A stretch of DNA of 64,000 nt from Sediminibacterium sp. (GTDB lineage: Bacteria; Bacteroidota; Bacteroidia; Chitinophagales; Chitinophagaceae): positions 25,742 to 89,741 of the forward strand of contig CBDDIT010000045.1 of the NCBI GenBank assembly GCA_965229175.1, in the 5' to 3' direction. The position numbers were made by a program, and so were the translations under genes. The notes beneath the pieces are model-generated. The model was not told where the DNA came from, made no database searches, and saw nothing but the letters and a program-made list of their open reading frames with translations. This document shows positions 16,041 through 26,429 of the stretch, piece after piece; the stretch's first letter is position 1; the number at the start of each line of letters is the position of its first letter.

Positions 16041-19000
16041 CTAGTGTCGTCCGCAGCTACACCCTTCTGTCTCAGATTCTGTTTCTTCGTGAAAGGTGAA
16101 AGCGGATGCGTTCTTGTTCAGTTCCCAATAGAATTTGGTTCTTGGTTTGGTACGGTTTCCTATCTCATTCATGAATGCCGCATCAAATAACCTTCCGTTT
16201 ACCATGGTATAACGGACCAGCTCTGTGTTGCGGATATCGTCTAATGGATTTTTATCTATTACAATCAGGTCGGCCAGTTTGCCCGCTTCGATGGAACCTA
16301 CCCATTTATCAAGTCCCAGGCTGAAAGCGGGATTGATGGTAGCTGCCTGCAAGGCCTGCAGGTTGGTCATGCCACCCTGCTGCTGCATCCATATTTCCCA
16401 GTGTACGCCCAGGCCCTGTAACTGACCGTGCGCGCCCATATTAACTTTAACGCCAACATCAGTTAGCTTTTTCAGGGCTCTTGATGTGGCAAGGTGACCG
16501 ATTTCGTATTCCTCATCCGGTGCCATAATCCTGAAACGGCTGCGGGGGTCTATGATGCCGCGGGGTACAAAACGGTTGAGGCGTTCTTTCTCCCAGACAT
16601 TGGTATGCTGATACCAGTAGTATTCCCCGCTGAGCCCGGCAAAGTTTACAATCAGTGTGGGTGTGTAGGCTGTTTTGGCATTCTTCCATAAATTAATAAC
16701 ATCATTATACAGCGGCGCAACCGGCAGGTTATGCTCGATGGTGGTATGCCCATCCAGTATCATACCGATATTATGGTAAAAGAAAGAGCCGCCTTCGGGC
16801 ACCACTTCCATATTCAGTTCACGTGCCGCCTGTAGTATCATCTGGTTCTGCTCGCGACGGGGCTGGTTATAACTTTTTACCGAGAATGCCCCGTAAGATT
16901 TGCTTCTTCGCAATGCGCTTCTTGCGTCATCAATGGAGTTGATCACCGCTTTTGTATCGCTTTCCGCACCGTATAATACTGTGCCGGTTGAGAAAACCCG
17001 GGGGCCGGTCATCCATCCTGCTTTTACCAGTTCGCTTTGTGCAAATACCATTTCACTATTGGCTGAAGGATCGTGTATACTCGTTACACCATATGCCATT
17101 GCGGCATAATAGGGCCAGTGCTTTTGCGGTGTAATTCCGTTGCGGAAATGGTTGGCGTGCGCATGCGCATCTATTAATCCCGGCATGATGGTCTTGCCTT
17201 TGCAATCCACCAGTTTTGCTCCCGCAGGAATTTCTATCTCACCGGCTTTCCCCACCGATTTGATAAGATTCTCCTCCACAATCACGGTTCCATTGGTAAT
17301 TACTTCATCGCCTTTCATGGTGATGATGGTTGCATTGGTAAAGGCAATAATGCCGGCTGGCTTATCTGATTTTACCTCCAACCCGATATCAATACCTTTT
17401 ACCGGCACTTTAAAAGCCGAATCGGGTTTGTTGGCCACAAAAGAAAAACGCTCATCCACACGGATGGTATAGTACTGATCGCCCAGTGTATAATGTAATA
17501 GCTGATTATCCGCCGACCAATGCAGGTTGATACCGGCATCGCGTGAAACGATTTTTACCGGGTAATCGCGGGTGGTGGCACCCATGTCAATCGTCTTCCC
17601 TGTTTTAGGAAATGCTGCGATATACACTTCATGCAGGTCGATGAAAGCTACCCATTTTTCATCGGGTGATACAGTAAACTGGCTTCCATACGTGCTTTTC
17701 AGGTGTACCCGCTCATCTGACCCGTTAACCGAGTTACTGGCATAACTGCGACCCAGTTGGTAGTAAATCCTGTCGCCCGCCTTATTGAAAGAAGGTAAAT
17801 CTCCTCTTTCCGTCAGTAACTTTTCATTTTCCCCATCTGTTCCTACCAGGTAAATACCTGTTCTGCTTGTGTAGGCAGCACCTAGCACATTATTGCCCCC
17901 TTCTTTTCTGAAAACAATCCATTTGCCGTCAGGTGAAAAAGACGGTACCCGATAAATGGCTTTGGCCTTTGTGATTTTCACCGGCTGACCGTTCTTTTTC
18001 CAGTCAACCTGGTAAATAGCACCGGCCGTAGAATCATTCCAGGTAGTGTAAACCAGCTTGCTACCATCCGCTGAAAAAGAGGGCTCAAATTCAAAATCAT
18101 CTCCCGTAGTAATTCTTTCAGGCTTACCGGCCGGTAATTCCTTTTTCCATAAATGTCCCACGGCATTAAAAACCAGCCACTTTCCATCAGGTGAGGTTTT
18201 AGCCTGGCGTATTACATGCGCCGTAAATGATGCGGGGTTCAGTTCCTGCTGAAAACGCAGGGCATCATAGATCTTCTGGTCTACTTTACAGGTAAATGGA
18301 ATTTCTACCGCGCTGTTAACCGCGTTCACATCTACTTTCATGATCTTACCCCCCGCCCAGATAACAATCTGCCGGTCGTTTGGCGTCCATGCAAAACCGG
18401 TATACAATCCGAACACCGACCAGGCTTCCTGCTGGTCCTTGCTCAATTTATCGTAAACAGGTGTTTCCTCGCCTGTTTCCAGGTTGCGCAGGTACAGCAC
18501 AGTTTTGGTGCGAACCCTTTTTACAAATGCCAGTGTTTTCCCATCATGTGATAACTGGGGCCTTACCGCACCACCCGGACCACCCGTTACGGTTTCGGTG
18601 GTACCTTTTTCACGGTCGAACCGTTTGATAACAAATATCTGGTCGTTAGGATCCTTGTTGTACTCAAACTGTCCGCCCGGGTACATATCCTCGCTGAAAT
18701 AAACGTACTTTCCGTCGGGCGAAATGCAGGGTTCGTTTACATCCTGCTGGTCGTTTTTACGTGCCGTTAGCTGTAGTCCACCGCCGCCACTGGTATGATA
18801 CAGCCACATCTCGCCCGCACCCAATGAGCGTGATGATGTAAAGTGTTTCCGGGCTACAATATATTCACCATCGGGCGACCATACTGCGTTATTCAACAGT
18901 CTAAAGGTTTCTTTGGTTATCTGCACCGCATTACTTCCATCGCGGTTCATTACCCAAATATTATCGCCACCTCCGGCATCTGAAGTAAACAGAATTTTCG

Positions 19001-19301
19001 AGCCATCCGGGCTGAACCTCGGCTGCACTTCCATGGCATGTCCGCCCCTGATCAGCTTTGCATTTCCGCCTTCTGCCGGGATAGAATAAATATCACCCAG
19101 CAGATCAAACACAATTTCTTTGCCATCTGGTGAAATATCCAGATTCATCCAGGTGCCTTCATTAACGGTAAATGACACTTGTTTGAACGTTCCATCAGGA
19201 TTGTTAACATCCCATTTTTTGGCTTCCCGTCTTTCCTGTGCGGGCAAAATAAAAGGCGCGCAGAAAAATACAGCGGCCATCATCAGTCTTGTTCTGAACA
19301 T
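16041..19301 (-). CDS. Periplasmic fusion of TolB-like PD40 beta-propellers with an amidohydrolase domain
   Basis: Has a signal peptide. At least 9 PD40-type repeats recur (FSPDGSKILFTSD, WSPDGEYIV, ISPDGKYVYF, FSPDGKWIVF and others). The C-terminal domain carries MPGLIDAHAHANHF and later amidohydrolase motifs. Confidence 0.8.
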   Translation of the reverse strand: MFRTRLMMAAVFFCAPFILPAQERREAKKWDVNNPDGTFKQVSFTVNEGTWMNLDISPDGKEIVFDLLGDIYSIPAEGGNAKLIRGGHAMEVQPRFSPDGSKILFTSDAGGGDNIWVMNRDGSNAVQITKETFRLLNNAVWSPDGEYIVARKHFTSSRSLGAGEMWLYHTSGGGGLQLTARKNDQQDVNEPCISPDGKYVYFSEDMYPGGQFEYNKDPNDQIFVIKRFDREKGTTETVTGGPGGAVRPQLSHDGKTLAFVKRVRTKTVLYLRNLETGEETPVYDKLSKDQQEAWSVFGLYTGFAWTPNDRQIVIWAGGKIMKVDVNAVNSAVEIPFTCKVDQKIYDALRFQQELNPASFTAHVIRQAKTSPDGKWLVFNAVGHLWKKELPAGKPERITTGDDFEFEPSFSADGSKLVYTTWNDSTAGAIYQVDWKKNGQPVKITKAKAIYRVPSFSPDGKWIVFRKEGGNNVLGAAYTSRTGIYLVGTDGENEKLLTERGDLPSFNKAGDRIYYQLGRSYASNSVNGSDERVHLKSTYGSQFTVSPDEKWVAFIDLHEVYIAAFPKTGKTIDMGATTRDYPVKIVSRDAGINLHWSADNQLLHYTLGDQYYTIRVDERFSFVANKPDSAFKVPVKGIDIGLEVKSDKPAGIIAFTNATIITMKGDEVITNGTVIVEENLIKSVGKAGEIEIPAGAKLVDCKGKTIMPGLIDAHAHANHFRNGITPQKHWPYYAAMAYGVTSIHDPSANSEMVFAQSELVKAGWMTGPRVFSTGTVLYGAESDTKAVINSIDDARSALRRSKSYGAFSVKSYNQPRREQNQMILQAARELNMEVVPEGGSFFYHNIGMILDGHTTIEHNLPVAPLYNDVINLWKNAKTAYTPTLIVNFAGLSGEYYWYQHTNVWEKERLNRFVPRGIIDPRSRFRIMAPDEEYEIGHLATSRALKKLTDVGVKVNMGAHGQLQGLGVHWEIWMQQQGGMTNLQALQAATINPAFSLGLDKWVGSIEAGKLADLIVIDKNPLDDIRNTELVRYTMVNGRLFDAAFMNEIGNRTKPRTKFYWELNKNASAFTFHEETESETEGCSCGRH

Positions 19302-19461
19302 GTTAGTTTGGTATTAGAAAAAGGAAGGTACTTAAAACAACCTATTAATAAACAACCGCTCATCCTTTGAAAAAATAAAGCTTTACTTTTGATCAAATTT
19401 TCTGGCCCTGCAACCCTCACAGCAAAATTTCCGTATCCAGTTAGGCATCAGTATACTCAGT

Positions 19462-20412
19462 GTGGTACTGTTCCTGGCCAAGATCATTGCTTACCAGTTT
19501 ACCCATTCATTATCTATACTTACCGATGCGCTGGAAAGTATTGTTAATGTGATTGCTGGCTTTGTTGGCCTTTTCAGCTTATATGTAGTTGCCAAACCCC
19601 GCGACCTTGATCATCCCTATGGCCACGGGAAGGCAGAATTTGTTTCCGCAGCGGTGGAAGGCGGGCTGATTGTAGCGGCAGGGATCATGATCATTTATGA
19701 AACGGTGCTGAACATTCTTCAAAAGAGCCCTATTGAAAAGCTGGATACAGGACTGATACTGGTAGCCGCAACCGCCATCATCAATTTTATAGCTGGCCGG
19801 ATCTGCTTCCGGATCGGCAAAAAAAACAATTCCCTGGCATTACAGGCCAGCGGGAAACATTTACAGATCGATACCTACACAACATTCGGTATCGTTGCCG
19901 GTTTAATTGTTATTTATTTTACACAGCTCTACTGGCTCGATAAAGTAATTGCCTTAACCATGAGCGGTGTTGTAATTTATAACGGCTATAAAATATTCCG
20001 CAGTTCGCTGGCGGGCATTATGGATGAAGCCGATGTTGAATTATTGAAAAGATTTATCAAACTGATGAACGATCAGCGTTCCGAGAACTGGGTGGATCTT
20101 CACAACCTCCGTGTAATAAAATATGGAAGCCTGCTGCATATCGACTGTCACTTTACCGTTCCCTGGTACCTCAATGTTAATGAGGCGCATCTGGAAATTG
20201 ATAAGCTGACGGTTCTCAGCAAGAACGAAATGGGTGATGCGATAGAGTTTTTTGTGCATACCGATGGCTGCATGACGTTCAGTTGCCCCATCTGCACCAA
20301 AACCGACTGCCCTGTGCGCCAGCACCCCTTTCAACAGAAGCTCGAATGGACCTTTGAGAATGTGATTTCAAATCAGAAGCATCAGTTGGGGGAGCTAGGA
20401 ATCAGGAGCTAG
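19462..20412 (+). CDS. Cation diffusion facilitator (CDF) family transporter, start uncertain
   Basis: Contains LSILTDALESIVNV and DHPYGHGKAEF, 5-6 TM helices and a cytoplasmic C-terminal domain. TM1-like residues (QQNFRIQLGISILS) continue in frame upstream of the GTG at 19462, but there is no start codon back to the TGA at 19390-19392. Confidence 0.8.
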   Translation: MVLFLAKIIAYQFTHSLSILTDALESIVNVIAGFVGLFSLYVVAKPRDLDHPYGHGKAEFVSAAVEGGLIVAAGIMIIYETVLNILQKSPIEKLDTGLILVAATAIINFIAGRICFRIGKKNNSLALQASGKHLQIDTYTTFGIVAGLIVIYFTQLYWLDKVIALTMSGVVIYNGYKIFRSSLAGIMDEADVELLKRFIKLMNDQRSENWVDLHNLRVIKYGSLLHIDCHFTVPWYLNVNEAHLEIDKLTVLSKNEMGDAIEFFVHTDGCMTFSCPICTKTDCPVRQHPFQQKLEWTFENVISNQKHQLGELGIRS

Positions 20413-20424
20413 TTGCTAATCCCT

Positions 20425-20432
20425 TATTTTTG
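20425..20432 (+). promoter_or_regulatory. Candidate -7 box (TATTTTTG) for the M20 dipeptidase gene
   Basis: The octamer fits TAnnTTTG and lies about 40 nt upstream of the ATG at 20473. Confidence 0.3.
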
Positions 20433-20472
20433 TGCTGAATCCTTATACTCATCGAATCATAAATAAATATCC

Positions 20473-21840
20473 ATGCAAGCTTGGAAAGATTACCAGGAGA
20501 AGAATAAAGAACGGTTTCTGAATGAATTACTGGATTTACTGCGGATACCGAGTATTAGTGCGCGTACGGAGCATAAAGAGGACATGGTTGCCTGTGCCGA
20601 GGCTGTAAAACAACGTTTGTCAGAAGCCGGTGCGGATACGGTTACCATCTATCCAACAGCGGGGCACCCGATTGTTTATGCGGAAAAAATAATCGATCCT
20701 TCCAGGCCTACGGTGCTGGTGTATGGCCACTATGATGTGCAGCCTGCCGATCCGCTGGAGCTGTGGAAGAGCGGGCCTTTTGATCCGGTGATCATTGACG
20801 GCAAAATATTTGCCAGGGGATCCTGTGATGATAAGGGGCAGTTTTATATGCATGTAAAAGCCCTGGAGATCATGAGCCAGACAAATAGCCTGCCCGGCAA
20901 TATCAAATTTTTAATAGAGGGTGAGGAAGAAGTGGGAAGTCCTAACCTCGCCACTTTTGTAAAGGCCAATAAAGAACTGTTAAAAGCTGACGTGATCCTG
21001 ATCAGCGATACCTCTATGCTAAGCATGGATACGCCATCCATTGATATTGGCGTTCGCGGGCTCAGCTATATTGAGGTGGAAGTTACCGGTGCCAACCGCG
21101 ACCTGCATAGCGGCGTGTATGGTGGCGCGGTAGCCAACCCCGCTACCATACTGGCAAAAATGATAGCGTCTTGTCACGATGAAAACAATCACATTACGAT
21201 CCCCGGCTTTTATGATGATGTAGTGGAAGCCACACCCGAAGAAAGGGCCAAAATGGCAAAAGCGCCGTTTAATGAAGAGGAATACAAAAAAGACCTGGGC
21301 ATCAACAGCCTTTGGGGAGAGAAAGGATATACAACAAATGAGAGAACGGGTATCCGTCCAACGCTTGAGGTAAATGGAATATGGGGTGGTTATACGGGAG
21401 AAGGCGCTAAAACGGTACTGCCATCCAAAGCTTTTGCCAAGATATCCTGCCGGCTGGTTCCCAATCAGTCTTCTGCCACGATTACGGAGAAAGTATTGAA
21501 CTATTTCAAAACCATTGCTCCCCCTGGCGTTACGGTTACCGCACAGGAGCATCACGGTGGCGAGCCTTATATGACCCCTATTGATTCCGACGCATTTCGC
21601 GCAGCGGCCAAAGCGGTGGAAACAACTTTTGGCAAAGAGCCGATCCCGGTTCGCGGAGGCGGAAGCATTCCCATCTGCGCTTTGTTTGAAAAAGAACTGG
21701 GCCTGAAAATCGTATTCATGGGTTTTGGCCTCGACAGCGATAACCTGCACAGCCCCAACGAAAAATATGACCTGTTCAATTTTTATAAAGGGATAGAAAC
21801 GATACCCTATTTCCACCAGTTTTACGCCCAAAATAAATAA
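20473..21840 (+). CDS. M20-family dipeptidase
   Basis: The motifs YGHYDVQPADP, ARGSCDDKGQ and IEGEEEVGS are the M20 metal-ligand motifs, and the size (455 aa) fits. Confidence 0.85.
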   Translation: MQAWKDYQEKNKERFLNELLDLLRIPSISARTEHKEDMVACAEAVKQRLSEAGADTVTIYPTAGHPIVYAEKIIDPSRPTVLVYGHYDVQPADPLELWKSGPFDPVIIDGKIFARGSCDDKGQFYMHVKALEIMSQTNSLPGNIKFLIEGEEEVGSPNLATFVKANKELLKADVILISDTSMLSMDTPSIDIGVRGLSYIEVEVTGANRDLHSGVYGGAVANPATILAKMIASCHDENNHITIPGFYDDVVEATPEERAKMAKAPFNEEEYKKDLGINSLWGEKGYTTNERTGIRPTLEVNGIWGGYTGEGAKTVLPSKAFAKISCRLVPNQSSATITEKVLNYFKTIAPPGVTVTAQEHHGGEPYMTPIDSDAFRAAAKAVETTFGKEPIPVRGGGSIPICALFEKELGLKIVFMGFGLDSDNLHSPNEKYDLFNFYKGIETIPYFHQFYAQNK

Positions 21841-21872
21841 TCACCACCATCCCTAACAACCAACTTTTCTTA

Positions 21873-22262
21873 ATGCCGGAACCAAAAGAAAAACTTCGTA
21901 TCGACAAGTACCTCTGGTCCATTCGTTTGTTTAAAACGAGGAGCCAGGCGGGGGATGCTTGTGATAAGGGGCGGGTGAAATGGAATGGCACCGCGGTAAA
22001 AGCCTCACGTATTGTAGCGGTGGGTGATGAATACGAAGTAAAGAATGAAGTAAGAAAATGGGTGATAAGGGTTACGGCCCTTTTGCATAAACGCGTTCAG
22101 TATCAGGAAGCCATCAAGCACTACGAAGACATTACCCCACCGGAAGAGCTCGACAGGATACAGTTCCAGGCCGCGAGTTTTCAAACCGGGAAACGTACCA
22201 GTACTATTGGCCGCCCTACAAAAAAAGACAGGCGCGATATTGGGGATTTTATGCAGGAATAG
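21873..22262 (+). CDS. hslR: S4-domain RNA-binding protein (Hsp15-like)
   Basis: LRIDKYLWSIRLFKTRSQAGDACDKGRVKWNGTAVKAS is the S4 fold typical of Hsp15, and the size (129 aa) fits. Confidence 0.75.
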   Translation: MPEPKEKLRIDKYLWSIRLFKTRSQAGDACDKGRVKWNGTAVKASRIVAVGDEYEVKNEVRKWVIRVTALLHKRVQYQEAIKHYEDITPPEELDRIQFQAASFQTGKRTSTIGRPTKKDRRDIGDFMQE

Positions 22263-22331
22263 ACCAAAGAAAGTACCCGCGCGGCTATAGACCACCGGTG
22301 ATCTATCCTCCTCAATCCGTACTTTCGCATC

Positions 22332-23015
22332 ATGAACATAGATATCATCACAGTACTTCCCGAATTACTGGAAAGCCCGTTCAGCCATAGCATTATGAAG
22401 CGTGCGCAGGACAAAGGCTTGCTTACTGTGCGTGCCCATAATCTCAGGAAATGGGCCATTAATAAACACATGCAGGTGGATGATTACCAGTTTGGCGGCG
22501 GCGCGGGAATGGTAATGATGTGTGAGCCGCTGGCCAATGCTATTGATGAACTGCAGAAAGATGTACGATATGACGAGATCATTTATCTCACGCCCGACGG
22601 AAAAACATTTAACCAAAAAGCCGCCAATCAACTGTCCCTGAAAAATAACCTGCTGATTATTTGCGGGCATTACAAAGGAATTGATGAACGCATCCGCCAG
22701 CAATACGTAACAATGGAAATTTCCATTGGCGATTATGTATTAAGTGGCGGCGAACTGGCTGCAGCCGTGTTGGTAGATTCTATTGGCAGGTTGTTGCCCG
22801 GCGTATTGAATGACGAAACCTCCGCCCTTTTCGATTCTTTCCAGGACGATATGCTGGCCCCCCCTGTATACACCCGCCCTGCCGATTTCAGGGGTAACAA
22901 GGTACCTGAAGTATTACTCCAGGGCGACCCCAAAAAAGTAGAAGAATGGCGGGCCGAACAATCTTTGCTTCGCACCAAAGAAAGAAGGCCCGATCTGTTG
23001 GGAACGGATGAATGA
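22332..23015 (+). CDS. trmD: tRNA (guanine37-N1)-methyltransferase
   Basis: Begins MNIDIITVLPE, has GGGAGMVM, and carries the SIGDYVLSGGELAAAVLVDSIGRLLPGVL knot motif. Confidence 0.92.
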   Translation: MNIDIITVLPELLESPFSHSIMKRAQDKGLLTVRAHNLRKWAINKHMQVDDYQFGGGAGMVMMCEPLANAIDELQKDVRYDEIIYLTPDGKTFNQKAANQLSLKNNLLIICGHYKGIDERIRQQYVTMEISIGDYVLSGGELAAAVLVDSIGRLLPGVLNDETSALFDSFQDDMLAPPVYTRPADFRGNKVPEVLLQGDPKKVEEWRAEQSLLRTKERRPDLLGTDE

Positions 23016-23019
23016 TGCG

Positions 23020-23868
23020 TTAGAACCCTCTTCTCGCCGGTATGGTAGCGTGGTACCATTTTTCTTCCAGCCCTTCGTTGATTTTGATGGATGTGTTTTC
23101 AATTTCAGAATCTACCGGTCCGAAGCTGAGATTGAGCTTGCTGGGATATTTCACTCCTTTTACCTCTTCGTATTCCTTAACCTGGATCGTGCATTTGGTA
23201 TCCTTTTTCAAATTGCTTCCATAGGCTTTTATCAGGGCACCAAACCCGGCAAGGTTAGCGGCCATCTCACCCGTAGCCTCCATTTGCTTTACCAGGAAAG
23301 TCTGCTGATCGATGTAGTAGGTTACGTTCTGACCCGTGTTGAGGGTCATTTTTATCTTGTAACAGGGTACTTTACTTACTTTTTCCGTACCCGTTAGTTC
23401 CGCTTTATGCCCTTTGGCCGCATAATTTACCAGTTCACCAAAAGCACCGGCGCAATCAAGTTCATATTGTTGTGCGGTAACTTCTGCGGGTTTCATCTGG
23501 AGGATAGTGGGCTGTTCGCCGCCACCGGGGCCGCCACCGCCGGGGCCGCCAAATCCGCGCATAACCGGTATCAGCAGGTAACCTGCCGTATCCGTAATCA
23601 TGGTATAGCTATCCCCCATTCCCATAATACCGCCTACCTGGCGGCGGAACAACTTTCCTTTTTCACGAACCAGCGTGATGGGCAGGTCGATGCTGTTGCC
23701 CATCATACTCATCCTCAGGTTGGTAGAAACCTCCAGGTAGCGGATCTCTTCCAGTTTCTGCCGGCCGCCTACGGCATTTTCATACTTGAGCAGGATTTCG
23801 TCGGCCGTTTGCGCAAAAGCACCGGTTGCCATGGCCAGTAAAAACAAAGCCGTTATTATTTTTTTCAT
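23020..23868 (-). CDS. Secreted hypothetical protein (a LolA-like / lipoprotein-sorting-like fold is suspected only)
   Basis: Has a signal peptide (MKKIITALFLLAMATGAFAQ) and an internal Gly/Pro loop (GFGGPGGGGPGGGEQP). No confident family assignment can be made from the sequence alone. Confidence 0.55.
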   Translation of the reverse strand: MKKIITALFLLAMATGAFAQTADEILLKYENAVGGRQKLEEIRYLEVSTNLRMSMMGNSIDLPITLVREKGKLFRRQVGGIMGMGDSYTMITDTAGYLLIPVMRGFGGPGGGGPGGGEQPTILQMKPAEVTAQQYELDCAGAFGELVNYAAKGHKAELTGTEKVSKVPCYKIKMTLNTGQNVTYYIDQQTFLVKQMEATGEMAANLAGFGALIKAYGSNLKKDTKCTIQVKEYEEVKGVKYPSKLNLSFGPVDSEIENTSIKINEGLEEKWYHATIPARRGF

Positions 23869-23972
23869 ATACTTACTTTCGTTGGGATTATTATTATTGG
23901 CAAAAGTAACGGCTGTAAATTGTTTTTAAGCTGTTCCCGGATCTTTTATCGGTCATTTAGCATTTATAACCT

Positions 23973-25619
23973 ATGAACAAGCCTTCCTTCACCATCACCG
24001 GCCACCTGGTGGATCCCTGGAAAAGATCTATCTATCCCGCTGAGCTTATTATTGAGAATGGTATCATCAAAACCATTACACCCTTTCACGGGGAATCGCA
24101 TATCCCGGAACACTTTATTATGCCGGGTTTTGTAGACAGCCATGTTCACGTGGAAAGCAGTATGCTTATCCCCAGTGAATTTGCCAGGCTGGCAGTGGTA
24201 CATGGTACCGTGGGTACCGTGAGTGATCCGCATGAGATTGCCAATGTATGTGGTATGGAAGGGGTTGCGTTTATGATTGAGAATGGAAAAAAAGTCCCTT
24301 TCAAGTTCAACTTCGGTGCCCCAAGCTGTGTGCCGGCTACTGTTTTTGAAACTGCAGGTGCCTCACTGAACAGTGATGCCGTAGAAGAGTTGCTTAAGCG
24401 TGAGGATATTAAATACCTGAGTGAAATGATGAACTTCCCGGGCGTTCTTTTTAAGGACCCGGAAGTGATGAAAAAGATCGCGGCCGCGCATCGCCTGGGC
24501 AAACCGGTAGACGGGCACGCACCCGGTTTACGGGGGCAGGAAGCGAAACAATATATTGAAGCGGGCATCTCTACGGATCACGAGTGTTTTACCGCCGATG
24601 AAGCATTGGATAAGCTGGAGCATGGCATGAAGATCATCATCCGGGAAGGCAGTGCCGCCAAAAATTTTGAGGCGCTGATTGAGCTGCTGGATGACCATCC
24701 CCGGATGGTAATGTTTTGCAGCGACGACAAGCACCCCGACAGTTTGGTAGCCGGCCATATTAACCAGCTTTGCGCAAGGGCGGTTGCGAAAAATATTGAC
24801 TTGTTTCATGTAATTCAGGCGGCCTGTGTTAATCCCGTGCTGCATTACCAGCTGGATATTGGCCTGCTGCGCGAAGGTGACCCTGCCGATTTTATTATCA
24901 CGGGAGATGTTGAGAACTTTCATGTTATCAAAACCTATATTGATGGACAGCTGGTGGCGGAAAATGGTACCTCTTTCATTCAATCGGTAGATGTTTTTCC
25001 GGTTAACCAGTTTAGCTGTCAAAAAATTGAGCCTTCTGCCCTGAAAATCCCTACGGATAGCTATCCCTCCACCAACGGGGAGATACCCGTTATTGAAGCA
25101 CTGGACGGGCAGTTAATAACCAACCGCTTGCAACTAAGTGGCAAGGAAGAGAATGGCGAATGGGTTAGCGATACCCGGCATGATATTTTGAAAATGGTAG
25201 TGGTAAACCGCTACCATCCGGCACCGGTGGCCAAATGCTTTATAAAGAATTTTGGGTTTAAGCAGGGGGCCATCGCTTCTTCGGTAGCGCATGATAGCCA
25301 TAATATCGTTGCCATTGGCGCAGATGATGAAAGCCTGGCCCGCGCCATTAACCTGGTGATAGCTGAAAGGGGCGGTGTTAGCTGTTGCTCGGCATCGGGG
25401 GAAAAAGTGCTGGGCCTGCCTGTTGCCGGGCTGATGAGTACGGAAGATGGATACAAGGTAGCAGCAGCGTATACGGCTATTGACACTATGGCTAAATCGC
25501 TGGGCTCCACCCTGGCCGCTCCATTTATGACGCTCAGCTTTATGGCATTGCTGGTAATACCCCATTTGAAGCTGAGTGACAAGGGCTTGTTTGACGGCGA
25601 CAGGTTTTCTTTCGTGTAA
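23973..25619 (+). CDS. ade: Adenine deaminase
   Basis: Contains [22 protein letters not shown] and the C-terminal Adenine_deam_C-like region. The size (548 aa) is typical. Confidence 0.85.
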   Translation: MNKPSFTITGHLVDPWKRSIYPAELIIENGIIKTITPFHGESHIPEHFIMPGFVDSHVHVESSMLIPSEFARLAVVHGTVGTVSDPHEIANVCGMEGVAFMIENGKKVPFKFNFGAPSCVPATVFETAGASLNSDAVEELLKREDIKYLSEMMNFPGVLFKDPEVMKKIAAAHRLGKPVDGHAPGLRGQEAKQYIEAGISTDHECFTADEALDKLEHGMKIIIREGSAAKNFEALIELLDDHPRMVMFCSDDKHPDSLVAGHINQLCARAVAKNIDLFHVIQAACVNPVLHYQLDIGLLREGDPADFIITGDVENFHVIKTYIDGQLVAENGTSFIQSVDVFPVNQFSCQKIEPSALKIPTDSYPSTNGEIPVIEALDGQLITNRLQLSGKEENGEWVSDTRHDILKMVVVNRYHPAPVAKCFIKNFGFKQGAIASSVAHDSHNIVAIGADDESLARAINLVIAERGGVSCCSASGEKVLGLPVAGLMSTEDGYKVAAAYTAIDTMAKSLGSTLAAPFMTLSFMALLVIPHLKLSDKGLFDGDRFSFV

Positions 25620-25682
25620 AAAACAAATTTTCCATTACAACCGATAGCATATAGTTTTGAGCCTGAACCTAACTGCAATTCC

Positions 25683-26336
25683 ATGATAGTAAATCTGAGC
25701 GAGAAACACAGCCTTTTAAGCAACTGGGTATCTGAATTGAGGGATGTAGCCGTGCAGGGCGACCGTCTCCGCTTTCGCCGTAACCTGGAGCGCATTGGTG
25801 AAATTGCCGCTTATGAGATCAGCAAGACCCTGCCCTGGAAAGTACAGGAAATTCCAACGCCATTGGGAACGCATGAAAGCAAAGTGCTGGAGTTCCAACC
25901 GGTGCTGGCAACCATCCTGCGCGCGGGACTGCCCCTGCACAATGGAATGCTGAACTATTTTGACAAGGCCGATAATGCGTTTATTTCTGCCTATCGCAAA
26001 CACCATCGCGATGGCTCTTTTGAAATAAACCTGCAATACATGAGCAGCCCGGCACTGGAAGACAGGATTGTGATTATCAGCGACCCGATGCTGGCAACCG
26101 GTGCCTCCATTGTAAAAACCATCCAATACATGAAGAGCGAAGGGAAGCCGAAAGAAATACATGTGGTGGTGGCTATCGCCTGCACAGTGGGTATTGAATT
26201 CATTCACAGGGAGTGTGGTGCGGATATCAAGATCTGGTGTGGTGATATAGATGATGAACTAACAGCAAAAGGGTATATTGTTCCGGGTTTGGGAGATGCA
26301 GGCGACCTCGCCTATGGGGTTAAAGTGCAGGCCTGA
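25683..26336 (+). CDS. upp: Uracil phosphoribosyltransferase
   Basis: Contains the PRPP-binding motif VIISDPMLATGAS and the C-terminal YIVPGLGDAGD motif. Confidence 0.9.
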   Translation: MIVNLSEKHSLLSNWVSELRDVAVQGDRLRFRRNLERIGEIAAYEISKTLPWKVQEIPTPLGTHESKVLEFQPVLATILRAGLPLHNGMLNYFDKADNAFISAYRKHHRDGSFEINLQYMSSPALEDRIVIISDPMLATGASIVKTIQYMKSEGKPKEIHVVVAIACTVGIEFIHRECGADIKIWCGDIDDELTAKGYIVPGLGDAGDLAYGVKVQA

Positions 26337-26429
26337 TAGAACGATAGTCGATTTATTTGGCCGTTTTATCGTTATTTGGCGCAAAAAAAGCCAGGTTGTA
26401 CAGCAGGCTCGGTCAATTTACTTATTTTC

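Noticed and set aside
11162-22320. AATCCGT(A/G) as a shared regulatory motif, seen near the dinB, trmD and osmC starts and near the rpoD stop.
   Set aside because: A 7-mer is expected several times by chance in 128 kb of two-strand sequence, and the positions and orientations relative to starts are inconsistent. Only the tandem copy upstream of dinB is kept as an observation.
23869-23972. A purine riboswitch upstream of the adenine deaminase gene.
   Set aside because: The 104-nt leader shows no conserved purine-riboswitch core such as a three-way junction with UAUA..CCGGGCACC-like elements, and I could see no stable P1 pairing.
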